Assembly: GCA_017623705.1 (NCBI GenBank)
Contig: JAGAOQ010000021.1
Location: 9,485 to 73,484 of the forward strand
Reading direction: 5' to 3'
Length of the DNA: 64,000 nucleotides
DNA from: Clostridia bacterium
GTDB lineage: Bacteria; Bacillota; Clostridia; Christensenellales; UBA1242
Part shown: piece after piece, positions 26,536 to 35,485 of the stretch
How the letters are laid out: every line of letters starts with the position of its first letter
Position numbering within the stretch: position 1 is the stretch's first letter
Made by a program: the position numbers and the translations under genes
The notes under the pieces: generated by a model
The model's input: only the letters and a program-made list of their open reading frames with translations
The model's database searches: none
Told to the model about the DNA's origin: nothing

Positions 26536-27528
26536 TTAAAAGTTGTGCCAGTCGATGCCTTCTAGGTCGCTGTTGAATTCTTCGTAAGCTCCACAGAAGA
26601 CTGATGAAGTTTTGTCGCTGATTTGAATACTGAAAGTGTCTAAATCATAAGATAAATTTTCCAGCATAATGCCCGCTGTAAATTCGTCGTACGCAAAGAA
26701 AGGGAAGTGCTTTTGAAAAAGTTCTTTGATGTCTTTGGTTGTGTCTTTGGCTAAATATTCACTGATTTCATTTTTAATTATGTTGTCGTATTTTTGGTGG
26801 AAAATTTCTAAACATTTTTCGTTTGGGTATTTTTTCTCATCAATATTCCAATCTAGCCAAAAGCCAGTGTCTGTATCATGTGTATTCTCAATTGCATTGA
26901 ACATAAAATAATTGATAATATATTGACTGTGGCTTTCAATTTGTTTTCGCCACATTTCCACTGTTTCCAAGACAAAACTGATTTGTGCGTCAACTTCATC
27001 ATGTCGTTCTAAGGCACGTGCTAAAAGATAGCCAAAACCCAAACTATCTTTCTCAGTGGAAAACACACCTAAATTACCCAATTTAACTGCTTTTAATTTT
27101 GGTTTAACCAGTACTTCCAGTGCTTGTTCTTTCTGTTCTTGTTCTCGGTATCGTCGTGTGCGTTCTGCGAGTTTTAACTGTGCTTGTTTTTCTTTTTGTT
27201 TACGGTATAAAATAGCTACGCCATAAATTGAAATCGTCATCACTACGATAAATACCAAAGCATAAGTAATAACTAAATCTTCGTAATCAATCAAGCAAAC
27301 AATTCCGTACAAACCAAACAAGATACAATATAACGTTACTATTAGCACATCAAAAATCGTCATTAACCATTTTTCGTGCTTTTGTCGACAACGAATTAAA
27401 CGTCTCACAAATACCACAAGTGTGATAATTGACAACACGCAAATGCTAAGTTCTACAATCCCCCGTACATACCCGACTGCAACAACGTCATATTGACTGC
27501 TGGTGTTTTGAGCAACTTCCAAATTCAT
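26536..27528 (-). CDS. membrane protein with coiled-coil linker and unknown cytoplasmic C-terminal domain
   Basis: 330 aa. Three N-terminal TM helices, a K/E/Q-rich helix, then an acidic domain of about 180 aa. No family recognised. Confidence 0.55.
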   Translation of the reverse strand: MNLEVAQNTSSQYDVVAVGYVRGIVELSICVLSIITLVVFVRRLIRCRQKHEKWLMTIFDVLIVTLYCILFGLYGIVCLIDYEDLVITYALVFIVVMTISIYGVAILYRKQKEKQAQLKLAERTRRYREQEQKEQALEVLVKPKLKAVKLGNLGVFSTEKDSLGFGYLLARALERHDEVDAQISFVLETVEMWRKQIESHSQYIINYFMFNAIENTHDTDTGFWLDWNIDEKKYPNEKCLEIFHQKYDNIIKNEISEYLAKDTTKDIKELFQKHFPFFAYDEFTAGIMLENLSYDLDTFSIQISDKTSSVFCGAYEEFNSDLEGIDWHNF

Positions 27529-27584
27529 TTATACTCCTTTCATCAATTAAGTTTAACTAATCGATGTATCTTGTCAACTTCTCA

Positions 27585-27614
27585 TAAAAAAGACACCGAG
27601 GTGGGTGTCTTTTG
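27585..27614 (-). terminator. rho-independent terminator after the 392-aa paralog
   Basis: The minus strand reads gacacc-cacctc-ggtgtc followed by TTTTTT. Confidence 0.6.
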
Positions 27615-27620
27615 GTTGTG

Positions 27621-28799
27621 TTACATCGTGCGGGTGGTGTCATCGGTGTGGATTAAGTTTTTTGCTTTGGCGAACAACTGTTTTAACACGTTGGGACAAG
27701 GTTGGATTGCCAGTTTACTTTTCTTGATTGCATGTTTCTTGACTTTATTTTTTTGCCAGTCAATACGTTTGAGCAATTCGACTTCGTTGTCAAAAGCTTC
27801 GTTGATAAAATTGAAATTACGCTTATCGATGCGTTTTAAGAATTCCACTTGATTGTTAAAAGTTTCGTCAAAAAAGTCAAAATTACATTCAAATGTGTAG
27901 TTCTGTTCGTAACCGTTCAAGTAGTTACGCACCAATGATGACTTCCAACGGTTTTCCAAAGTAAAATCGTACTCGTCGTATTGATAAGGCATTTCGTTCA
28001 AGACTTTGTGCGACATTAAATCAATCGTTGTTGCTGTGCCTGTGCCTTTGGGGTTGATTGTGGTGGGTAATTCTTGCCAGTTCAAAATCCGCCATTGTAG
28101 TGGCACAACCGGAGCAAGTAATTCCAGCACATTATTTTTGTTCACAAATTTCTTGCCTTTCATTGAGTATTCGTAGCCACGGTAAACTTCGTAATCGCCC
28201 TTTGCGAACAAGCGGGGACTTAAATATTCTTTGCCAGTTGGGACTTGTTTATGTTTTGCAGGGGAGTAAATGGAACTCAAATTGAAGTCGGGATATTCAC
28301 CAAAGTTAAGGCACATGTATTCCTTTTTGCCGTTTGTCGCTTGGTAAGGTGTGTGGCTGTAATTTTTGTTTTTTTCCAAAACTTGTAACAATTTAATGTA
28401 AGCGTTAACATCTAAACGCACACAAGGACGAATCCCCAATTTTTTCCCAACAAATAATTCGTCGGGCAATTTAACTTTATCACCGTTTAATTGGTAAGGT
28501 TTATGTTCCTCGTAATCAATCATGTTATCTTCGTAGATGATGGCGTTTTGCAAACCCGTTCGGTTGTCAATACAACCATCAATCACTGCTGTTGGTACAT
28601 TTCTTTCCAGTGGTGTAAAATGCTCGTTCCGTAACCAATATTTGCCACTTTCCGCACTGTTGTCATGCACGATAAAGTCTTCCCGTTCAAAACGATATTT
28701 GTTAACCAATTCGTCATAAGTTGGTAAGTAAACCAAATCATTAACTTCGTGTCCTTTCGTACCAATTTTGGTACGCACAATTAAATCTTTAAGTTCCAT
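27621..28799 (-). CDS. paralog C of the MELKDLIV family (WWLR / RPC.RL / W.ILNW..LP domain protein)
   Basis: 392 aa, no signal peptide. It shares N-terminus MELKDLIV, YWLRN, IRPCVRLDVNAY, FGEYPD, WRILNWQELP...GTGTATTIDL and SLVRNYLNGY with 28881-29795 and with the N-terminal half of 31509-33686. Its own TTGTTT-17-TATAAT promoter lies at about 28815-28845. Confidence 0.7.
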   Translation of the reverse strand: MELKDLIVRTKIGTKGHEVNDLVYLPTYDELVNKYRFEREDFIVHDNSAESGKYWLRNEHFTPLERNVPTAVIDGCIDNRTGLQNAIIYEDNMIDYEEHKPYQLNGDKVKLPDELFVGKKLGIRPCVRLDVNAYIKLLQVLEKNKNYSHTPYQATNGKKEYMCLNFGEYPDFNLSSIYSPAKHKQVPTGKEYLSPRLFAKGDYEVYRGYEYSMKGKKFVNKNNVLELLAPVVPLQWRILNWQELPTTINPKGTGTATTIDLMSHKVLNEMPYQYDEYDFTLENRWKSSLVRNYLNGYEQNYTFECNFDFFDETFNNQVEFLKRIDKRNFNFINEAFDNEVELLKRIDWQKNKVKKHAIKKSKLAIQPCPNVLKQLFAKAKNLIHTDDTTRTM

Positions 28800-28880
28800 A
28801 ATTTTTCCTTTTGCTTTAATTTTTTATTCGTATATTATAGCGAACAGGTTGGCAAAAAACAAGGGGCTTAGCAATTTTCC

Positions 28881-29795
28881 TTAACAATTTTCCATGGATT
28901 GAATAAAAGCTTTCATGTCGGGAATCAAATCACGTAAAGCTTCGGGGTTAGTTTTGAGCGTACGCAAGAAATCTTTTTTCAAAAAAATTAAGTTTGTATC
29001 CAAGGTAAACGCTTTCTTCTTGGCTTCGGTTAAGGTGTAAATGTTTTGCAACAAAGCTTGTTCTTCGGCGAAAGCGTGGTCAAGGAAACTCAACTGTTGT
29101 TCGCCGTAACCGTTCAAATCACGACGAATTGCACTTTTTTCCCAGGTCGTATAGTGATAGAAATCTTCAAGGCGAAAGGTAAAGTTTGACATACCAATGG
29201 TATCCAAACTGATTAAATCAATCGTTTTCGCCGTGCCATTGCCTTTGTAATTAAGTGAGGGCGGTAATGAATCCCAATTCAAAATTCGCCAACGAATACT
29301 TTGTTCAATCTTTTTCCCGTGTTTGATGTCAAAATGTTTTCCCAAATCCAAGCAGGGATAATCCATCTTATACGGCAAATAACTGCTGTCAAGGCGAGCC
29401 ATTTGTTCGTAAGTTTCCAAATTCAAACGCATACAAGGGCGGACATTACATTGACATTTATGCGGTTCGTAAGCATTGCGTGCTTTTATGTTTAATTTAT
29501 ATAAGTAGTTAAAAATGTTATCGTCCCACTCTTTCATTTCGCTCATCAACATGGGGTAGTGTGTCCCGCTTTGATTGCTAACGCACCCGTCGGCGTAAAG
29601 TTGGTTTGAACCCGTTAATTTGTCAATTTTGTCGTTGCGTAGCCACCAGAAGTCAACATTATCTTGCCAACTAACCATCAAGTCTTTTTTCGTGAAATGG
29701 TATTTTTCGGTCAACTCACGATAACTCGGCAGGTAAATCATATCGGTTACAGTTTCGCTCAATTTAGTTGGAACAATTAAATCTTTTAACTCCAT
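28881..29795 (-). CDS. paralog B of the MELKDLIV family
   Basis: 304 aa. MELKDLIVPTK, FWWLRN, VRPCMRLNLETY, WRILNWDSLP...GNGTAKTIDL, AIRRDLNGY. Confidence 0.7.
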   Translation of the reverse strand: MELKDLIVPTKLSETVTDMIYLPSYRELTEKYHFTKKDLMVSWQDNVDFWWLRNDKIDKLTGSNQLYADGCVSNQSGTHYPMLMSEMKEWDDNIFNYLYKLNIKARNAYEPHKCQCNVRPCMRLNLETYEQMARLDSSYLPYKMDYPCLDLGKHFDIKHGKKIEQSIRWRILNWDSLPPSLNYKGNGTAKTIDLISLDTIGMSNFTFRLEDFYHYTTWEKSAIRRDLNGYGEQQLSFLDHAFAEEQALLQNIYTLTEAKKKAFTLDTNLIFLKKDFLRTLKTNPEALRDLIPDMKAFIQSMENC

Positions 29796-29844
29796 ATTAT
29801 TTTCCTTTTAGTTTTGTTACTATTATATTCACCGCCCGAGCAAA

Positions 29845-31131
29845 TTACAAGACCCGATTTGATAATTGTTGTTCGTTGGCTGGCGAACGACGTAAACCGA
29901 GCGAATTTGGTTGAATACGGCAAGTGGTGAGTTTATGTTGCAAGTCATTGATTTGTTGACGGTCGACGAAAATAACTTTGCCACAACACGGCTTGAAGAC
30001 ATCATTTGCCCACACCAACCAGTACAAGTTTTTGATTTTTTGGTTTTCGGGTGTGTTAGAAACATCAGAAAAACCATCGGTAAAAACAATTTTATTAACC
30101 TTGCGGTCGTGCGAAAAATTTTCCAGAGCAATGTCAAAGTTTGTTCCGCCACGCCCAACAATATCGAAGTATTCAATGTCGTGAGTTTTTTTAATTTCGT
30201 CAAACCCGTAAAAGCGAGTATCGAAACAACCAACTAACAATTTGGAATCTTTGGCTAAATGCTTAACTTGTCGCAAGAAAGCTCGCAACATATCTTCACT
30301 CACCGAACCACTGGTGTCCAACATGACTTCCACAATGGCTTTGTCGTCGTTGGTTACCGTGCCAATACGAGCTTGATAATCATTGTCTTCGTCGGCTCGG
30401 CGGTAAGACCAACGGTCTTCGTCTTGCTCTAATTCACGACGTAAAATTTGTTTCCACGAAACAATCGCTTTGGCTTCGCCGACCTTACCAACGCCCAAAC
30501 CATTGCCACCCGCAGTTTGTCCGCCTTCTTTGGCTTCGTTGCTGGCTTGCTTTAATTCTTGACGAATCTTTTCGGCTAACTCTTTTTTGAGCGTTTGGTT
30601 TTGAGCGGTAAATGATTTTTCTTGCTGACTTGCTTGTGCATCGCCGTCCTGCGTTTGCGTGTCGTCTTGTCCCTGTTGTCCTTGCTGTTTAACCGCATCG
30701 CCCCATGCTTGATGTTGTTGCGGGTTTTGGTTTTGATTTTGCTTGTCTTGTGCCAACATTTCGTAAACTTCATCGGCGGATTTGCCTTTCGCTTCGGGCA
30801 GGTTAATTCCACCTTGCGGAAGTGGTAAATTGGCTTCCATTAACATTTGATTGATGACAGCATCGGTTGCGATGTTCCAACGTTTCGCATCTTTACCACG
30901 ACTTCTCATGATGTGGTCAAAAGCCACGTGCATCACTTCGTGTGCCAATAAAAACATTCGTTCTTCCAAACTTAACTTACTCAAAAAACTCGGCGAATAC
31001 TTAACTTGCTTGCCGTTCGTTTCCGCAGTTTCCACTCGGTCATCGCTGGTGAAAATCAACTTTGCCATCACCGAACCCAACAACGGAAATTTACTTAACA
31101 CCCCTTGCTTAACCTCTTCAAGCATACGCAC
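29845..31131 (-). CDS. HExxH metallopeptidase-like domain fused to a VWA domain (DUF2201-type)
   Basis: 428 aa. LLAHEVMHVAFDH...ATDAVIN N-terminal domain, a Q/N/D-rich linker, and a C-terminal VWA domain with MIDAS-like DTSGS. Overlaps the upstream ORF by 14 nt. Confidence 0.75.
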   Translation of the reverse strand: MRMLEEVKQGVLSKFPLLGSVMAKLIFTSDDRVETAETNGKQVKYSPSFLSKLSLEERMFLLAHEVMHVAFDHIMRSRGKDAKRWNIATDAVINQMLMEANLPLPQGGINLPEAKGKSADEVYEMLAQDKQNQNQNPQQHQAWGDAVKQQGQQGQDDTQTQDGDAQASQQEKSFTAQNQTLKKELAEKIRQELKQASNEAKEGGQTAGGNGLGVGKVGEAKAIVSWKQILRRELEQDEDRWSYRRADEDNDYQARIGTVTNDDKAIVEVMLDTSGSVSEDMLRAFLRQVKHLAKDSKLLVGCFDTRFYGFDEIKKTHDIEYFDIVGRGGTNFDIALENFSHDRKVNKIVFTDGFSDVSNTPENQKIKNLYWLVWANDVFKPCCGKVIFVDRQQINDLQHKLTTCRIQPNSLGLRRSPANEQQLSNRVL

Positions 31132-31534
31132 CTACCCGATAAATTAAACTCAAACTTTGAATCCGTGGCGATACCTTACTTAACTCGGTAACAGGTAAAA
31201 TAATTTGCGTATCCGCTGGCAAATGATAACCGTTCAAACTGTAATGTTCTAACAGACCAATGAACTTGGCTTGTTCGTCAAAAGTAATTTGCTCTAAACC
31301 GTCAATGCACAACAATAAACGTTTGCCCGCTTTGGCTTTCACTAAAATTGACATTAACCACTTCGGGTATTGATAACCGTCCGCCGTTGGGACAATCCCT
31401 AATTCACTGGACGGTGTCGTGGCGGGGACGATTACCGCCGTAGGAAAGTTCGACGCTTGCAAACCTTCCAACAAAAGCGGACTGCCAACATTCTGCGTGA
31501 TGATTGCTTCAAGCTTTTGCTTTGTCGTTGTCAT
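31118..31534 (-). CDS. small degenerate AAA-like protein (no intact Walker A)
   Basis: 138 aa. PLLLEGLQASNFP stands where LLLEGPPGTGKT would be, and LLLCIDGLEQ where Walker B would be. It overlaps both neighbours (26 nt and 14 nt). Confidence 0.4.
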   Translation of the reverse strand: MTTTKQKLEAIITQNVGSPLLLEGLQASNFPTAVIVPATTPSSELGIVPTADGYQYPKWLMSILVKAKAGKRLLLCIDGLEQITFDEQAKFIGLLEHYSLNGYHLPADTQIILPVTELSKVSPRIQSLSLIYRVGAYA

Positions 31535-33686
31535 TGCTGTTTCCCCTTAAAATTTGGTTATCTTCGGCAATTTGGATTGATTTCAAATGTAAAGCTTTTT
31601 CGTCATCGTTGCCGACCCATGCCACATCAAACATCTTCAAAATTTCCGCACCCAAATGTTCCCGAATGAAGTTACGTACCAACTTAATTTCATCAATTTT
31701 GGCAAAACGCAACGAAAGAGCTAACGCATATTTCGCATCAAATTTAGTCGGGATTTCGTTATAGTCATAATTTTCGGTAACAACGTCTTCCACCGTAATC
31801 GGCAAGATTTTAGCGTACTCCATTAACGAAGTTGCGATTGATTTACCAACTTTGTTTTCCAACAATTCTTTGCGTAACACACCATGATTAGCATAAATCA
31901 AATCGCTAACTTTTTCCCAACCACGTGGGTCAATCGCATACTTCGGCGGATTCTCGGCATCGTAAGGTGAATAAAAAACACTGTCGCCATAAGTCCCCAC
32001 AAAACTGGCAACCAACGGGTGAACCCTTAATTGACCTTGATGTTTAAGACTATTTTTGCTACCCCATTCTAACCATTGTTGAATATCGGGTTTCAATTCG
32101 ATATGCCCATCAAAACGGCGGAACAACGGCTCTGGCATGTTATACGCAGCTTCACTTTCGTCAATACTATTACCCGCCGCCGCAACAACTACGTTATCGG
32201 GTAACTGTCCTACGTTAGGTCCAATCGCTCGGTTTAAGACAATGTGGTAAACCAAACTTTGTTCGTTCGGCTTGACGTTGGTAATTTCATCAATGAACAA
32301 GACGTGATTTTGGTTCGGTTCTTGTTGACACTTTTTACACAAATCAGCGTACCAGTAGGGTGGTACCCAAATTCCCGCTTGCGTCTTGTCGTTGTTAGGA
32401 TAAATGTTTTTACCGATAACCTCTTCGGGTAAAATTCCGTTACGTAAAGTAATGGAAACATAGTCGGGGTCAACTTCTTCAATACGACGAGTTTTTCCAA
32501 TTCCGCTGGGCCCGTGCAACATAAACGACTTACCGTTCTGGACGTAGAATTGAATTTGCTCGTCAACCGTCATCGGTTCTTCCACAACTTGCACGCCCCA
32601 ACCTTTACGCTTTTGGTTGTTTTGTAAAGCATTTTTGTCAATCTGGCTAATGATTTCAATTTCCTTGCTAAACGCTTGGTTGATGAAATTATACTTCGTA
32701 AAATCGCCACCGTTTGGGGCAGGGTACTTAACGTTACCGTTTTCAATGAGATTGTTCACGTTGTAACCGTTCAAGAAACCACGAATTGTACTATTCTGCC
32801 ATAACGTAATGTTCTGGTCTTGTTGGTTAGGATAAAAGGGGATTCCCGCCATCACAGCGTTCAAAGTTTGTAAGATAATCCTTTTGGTGCTTCCCGTCCC
32901 ATTGCGGTTAATACTTTGCGGTAACTCTTCCCAGTTTTTAATTTCCCACATGATTGGCTTAACTTCCACCCAGTAACCATTATTATGATAACCTTTGTTA
33001 ATGCGGACATATTTCTTGCCGTCTAATTCGTATTCGTTATAAAAATTTGGTTTCGTATTTTTCTTTTCAAAACAACCGGTGTAAGTTTTTCCTGTCGGCA
33101 CAATCGCTCGTTTTTCAAAAGCTTGTTCTAAATGGTCGTTTAATTTTGCTCCCACATATTGATCGGGAAATTCACCTAACTCCATAAAATGGAATTTATC
33201 GTTACAATTACTAATCTTAAAAGATTTTACATTACGAAAGCGAACATCACTTTTCAAAGCGTTTCGCACCGCCAAATAAGCGTTGATGTCTAACACCATG
33301 TTTGGACGTAACGCATGCGGTAAGCGACGTTCGTAAGCATTGGCACAAAAAACTTCACCTTGGTCGTTGAGCACAGCAACTTTGTTTTCACGGTTGTAAG
33401 CATAAATACTCGGGAAACCAGAACGCAACCACAGACGACATGGTTCATAAGTTTCTTTGTTTTGATTTTTAGTTAACGCCGAGATTAAATTTTCTTCGGC
33501 TAAATCACCGAAAGCTTGATTCAAAATTGCGTAGTCAGTGGGAAAGCATTTTTCTTTGTCTGAACAATATCGAGAAGACGGCAAATAGACCATATCTCTG
33601 GTTTGAAAATTAACATCATAACTGAAATGGTTACATTCGTCAGTGTTTTCCAACAAAATCGGCACAATTAAATCTTCTAATTTCAT
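31509..33686 (-). CDS. fusion protein: MELKDLIV-family domain (paralog A) plus MoxR-like AAA+ ATPase (AAA_5 type)
   Basis: 725 aa. N-terminal half carries MKLEDLIVP, LWLRS, LRPNMVLDINAY, FGEFPD, MWEIKNWEELP, TIRGFLNGY. C-terminal half carries Walker A LHGPSGIGKT, Walker B VLFIDEITN, AAAGNS, PLFRRF. AAAGGAG RBS. Confidence 0.8.
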   Translation of the reverse strand: MKLEDLIVPILLENTDECNHFSYDVNFQTRDMVYLPSSRYCSDKEKCFPTDYAILNQAFGDLAEENLISALTKNQNKETYEPCRLWLRSGFPSIYAYNRENKVAVLNDQGEVFCANAYERRLPHALRPNMVLDINAYLAVRNALKSDVRFRNVKSFKISNCNDKFHFMELGEFPDQYVGAKLNDHLEQAFEKRAIVPTGKTYTGCFEKKNTKPNFYNEYELDGKKYVRINKGYHNNGYWVEVKPIMWEIKNWEELPQSINRNGTGSTKRIILQTLNAVMAGIPFYPNQQDQNITLWQNSTIRGFLNGYNVNNLIENGNVKYPAPNGGDFTKYNFINQAFSKEIEIISQIDKNALQNNQKRKGWGVQVVEEPMTVDEQIQFYVQNGKSFMLHGPSGIGKTRRIEEVDPDYVSITLRNGILPEEVIGKNIYPNNDKTQAGIWVPPYWYADLCKKCQQEPNQNHVLFIDEITNVKPNEQSLVYHIVLNRAIGPNVGQLPDNVVVAAAGNSIDESEAAYNMPEPLFRRFDGHIELKPDIQQWLEWGSKNSLKHQGQLRVHPLVASFVGTYGDSVFYSPYDAENPPKYAIDPRGWEKVSDLIYANHGVLRKELLENKVGKSIATSLMEYAKILPITVEDVVTENYDYNEIPTKFDAKYALALSLRFAKIDEIKLVRNFIREHLGAEILKMFDVAWVGNDDEKALHLKSIQIAEDNQILRGNSNDNDKAKA

Positions 33687-33760
33687 CTTGAATATACTCC
33701 TTTATCTTTCACTTATAAAGTAGCATATTCATTTGTTAAATTCAAGATTTCCAACAAAAT

Positions 33761-34594
33761 TTACTTGGCTTTTTGATTAAGTTCTTGTTTGACCGCCAAA
33801 TATTCTTGCAAGATTTCGGTTACCGCAGGATTGTTATAAACATGATGTTTGTCTTTGAAAACGATGTCGGTCTGCCATTGCTTCACGACTTTAACGTAAA
33901 TGTAAGGGAAGAAACGCCACGAGCCACAATAATGACGAATGAGGGTATCACGGTTGATACGGCGTTGACGGTTGTAGCGGGGGTGGATAATCAATTTTTT
34001 TGTCGCACATTTATTGAGAGCGGTTTGGTCAGCCAGAAATAATTTTTTTTCAATGCACATGCGACGAGCTTTTTCCATGAGTTGCGTTGCCCTAATTTGA
34101 GGCATATTCATCAGCAGGACACCCGAGTTGCAATAGTTCCAACCCATGAACCAACGTCCCATGTAATCACGGCAAGCGGCGTATTCGTAGTCCGTAAGGT
34201 CAATCGCAAACAAATCCGCCAAAGAGCCGAGAATCAAAGTATCCGTATCTAAATACAAAACTTTATTTGGTAAGTCGGGAATTTCATTTACATACAATCG
34301 CAACATCGCATAAGGCGTGAAACGGTCTGGAATGGTTAAGTTACCATCTTCACGATAACGTTGCGTTAAATCGACGACTTGGCAAGAACTTTGCGGATTA
34401 CGTTTTTGTAAAATACGGTTGATAATCTCGACTTGTTCTTCCCGTAATGCTGTGTATTTGGGATTTTCTTCCGCTAAGTCCATTGTCAAAAGCCAAATCT
34501 TAATCGGCTCTGGATTAAATTTCACCACCGAAATTACCGAACTCAAAATGCCGTCAAAAGCTCCTAAATTGCCAGCATACATAATGTGATACAT
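33761..34594 (-). CDS. glycosyltransferase family 8
   Basis: 277 aa. YAGNLGAFDGIL N-terminus, LYLDTDTLILG (DxD), and HYCGS near the C-terminus, as in GT8 enzymes. Confidence 0.75.
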   Translation of the reverse strand: MYHIMYAGNLGAFDGILSSVISVVKFNPEPIKIWLLTMDLAEENPKYTALREEQVEIINRILQKRNPQSSCQVVDLTQRYREDGNLTIPDRFTPYAMLRLYVNEIPDLPNKVLYLDTDTLILGSLADLFAIDLTDYEYAACRDYMGRWFMGWNYCNSGVLLMNMPQIRATQLMEKARRMCIEKKLFLADQTALNKCATKKLIIHPRYNRQRRINRDTLIRHYCGSWRFFPYIYVKVVKQWQTDIVFKDKHHVYNNPAVTEILQEYLAVKQELNQKAK

Positions 34595-34596
34595 AT

Positions 34597-35442
34597 TTAA
34601 CTTTGCTCCTTTTTTTTGTAGATAATTTTTTGGTAAGTATTTTCCCGACTGCGTGCCACCATTTGGGCGTAAATGCGATCACGTAAATCTTTAATCTGCG
34701 TTTGACGGTCTAACTCTGGGTTAGGATAAAATGGCCCGTCAACATAAGTAATGATTTTCACTTTCTTACCACGTTGGTGATAAGTGTTCGTAAAACAGAA
34801 AGCTGGTACATTATATTTCACAGGGTAGCGGAAAGATGTTTCCACAAATGGTCGAATTTCCGTGTAATACGGCCAAATATGAGCTTCGGGGTAAATTAAA
34901 ATTGGTTTCTTATCGGCTACGATTTGGTCAATCGCACGCACAAAACGTTTGGTATTTTCTACGTCGGGTAAAATTGGCAACGCACCTAAACGGCGAGCCA
35001 ACCAACCGATACCCGGCATCATAATATTACGCTCGTTGACGATGACGTAAGCATCATGCGGAGCAATGACTTTGCACATGGCAGCATCGAAGAAATTTTG
35101 CGTGTGATTACCGTAAATAAAGTAGCTCGTTTTTTTCGCAAGACGGAAAGCTTTTTTGTTGATGACTTTCCACCCAAAACGAATTTTGGCATGCGTCCAA
35201 GCAATCGGCGTGCCTAACATACGACACCAAAAGAAATGGTGCAGTTTATAAAATGGGTCTCGGCGGTAGTATGTGTACAAGCCACGCCAAGGTCGATAAG
35301 GACTGTCATTACTAAAATCGTCGGTTAGTTCGTTAGTGTACTCGATAACTTGTTTTTGTTCCACTGGAACAGTGTACCTTAAAGCAGTGAGTTTTGTAAA
35401 ATCATTCCATAATTTTCTTGCTAAATATTTTGATTTTCTCAA
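34597..35442 (-). CDS. lysophospholipid acyltransferase-family protein
   Basis: 281 aa. YGNHTQNFFDA and IYPEAHIW blocks resemble the PlsC-type acyltransferase motifs, although the H-to-D spacing is atypical. Confidence 0.5.
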   Translation of the reverse strand: MRKSKYLARKLWNDFTKLTALRYTVPVEQKQVIEYTNELTDDFSNDSPYRPWRGLYTYYRRDPFYKLHHFFWCRMLGTPIAWTHAKIRFGWKVINKKAFRLAKKTSYFIYGNHTQNFFDAAMCKVIAPHDAYVIVNERNIMMPGIGWLARRLGALPILPDVENTKRFVRAIDQIVADKKPILIYPEAHIWPYYTEIRPFVETSFRYPVKYNVPAFCFTNTYHQRGKKVKIITYVDGPFYPNPELDRQTQIKDLRDRIYAQMVARSRENTYQKIIYKKKEQS

Positions 35443-35449
35443 TGAGATG

Positions 35450-35458
35450 TGTTATAAT
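35450..35458 (+). promoter_or_regulatory. extended -10 promoter TGTTATAAT
   Basis: 27 nt upstream of ATG 35486, with an AAAAGGGG RBS in between. Confidence 0.5.
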
Positions 35459-35485
35459 TTTCCATAACAAAAAGGGGAAAAATTC

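Noticed and set aside
29829-30233. 134-aa minus-strand ORF in an alternative frame
   Set aside because: It is nested within the VWA-domain coding region (29845-31131), which carries the recognisable motifs.
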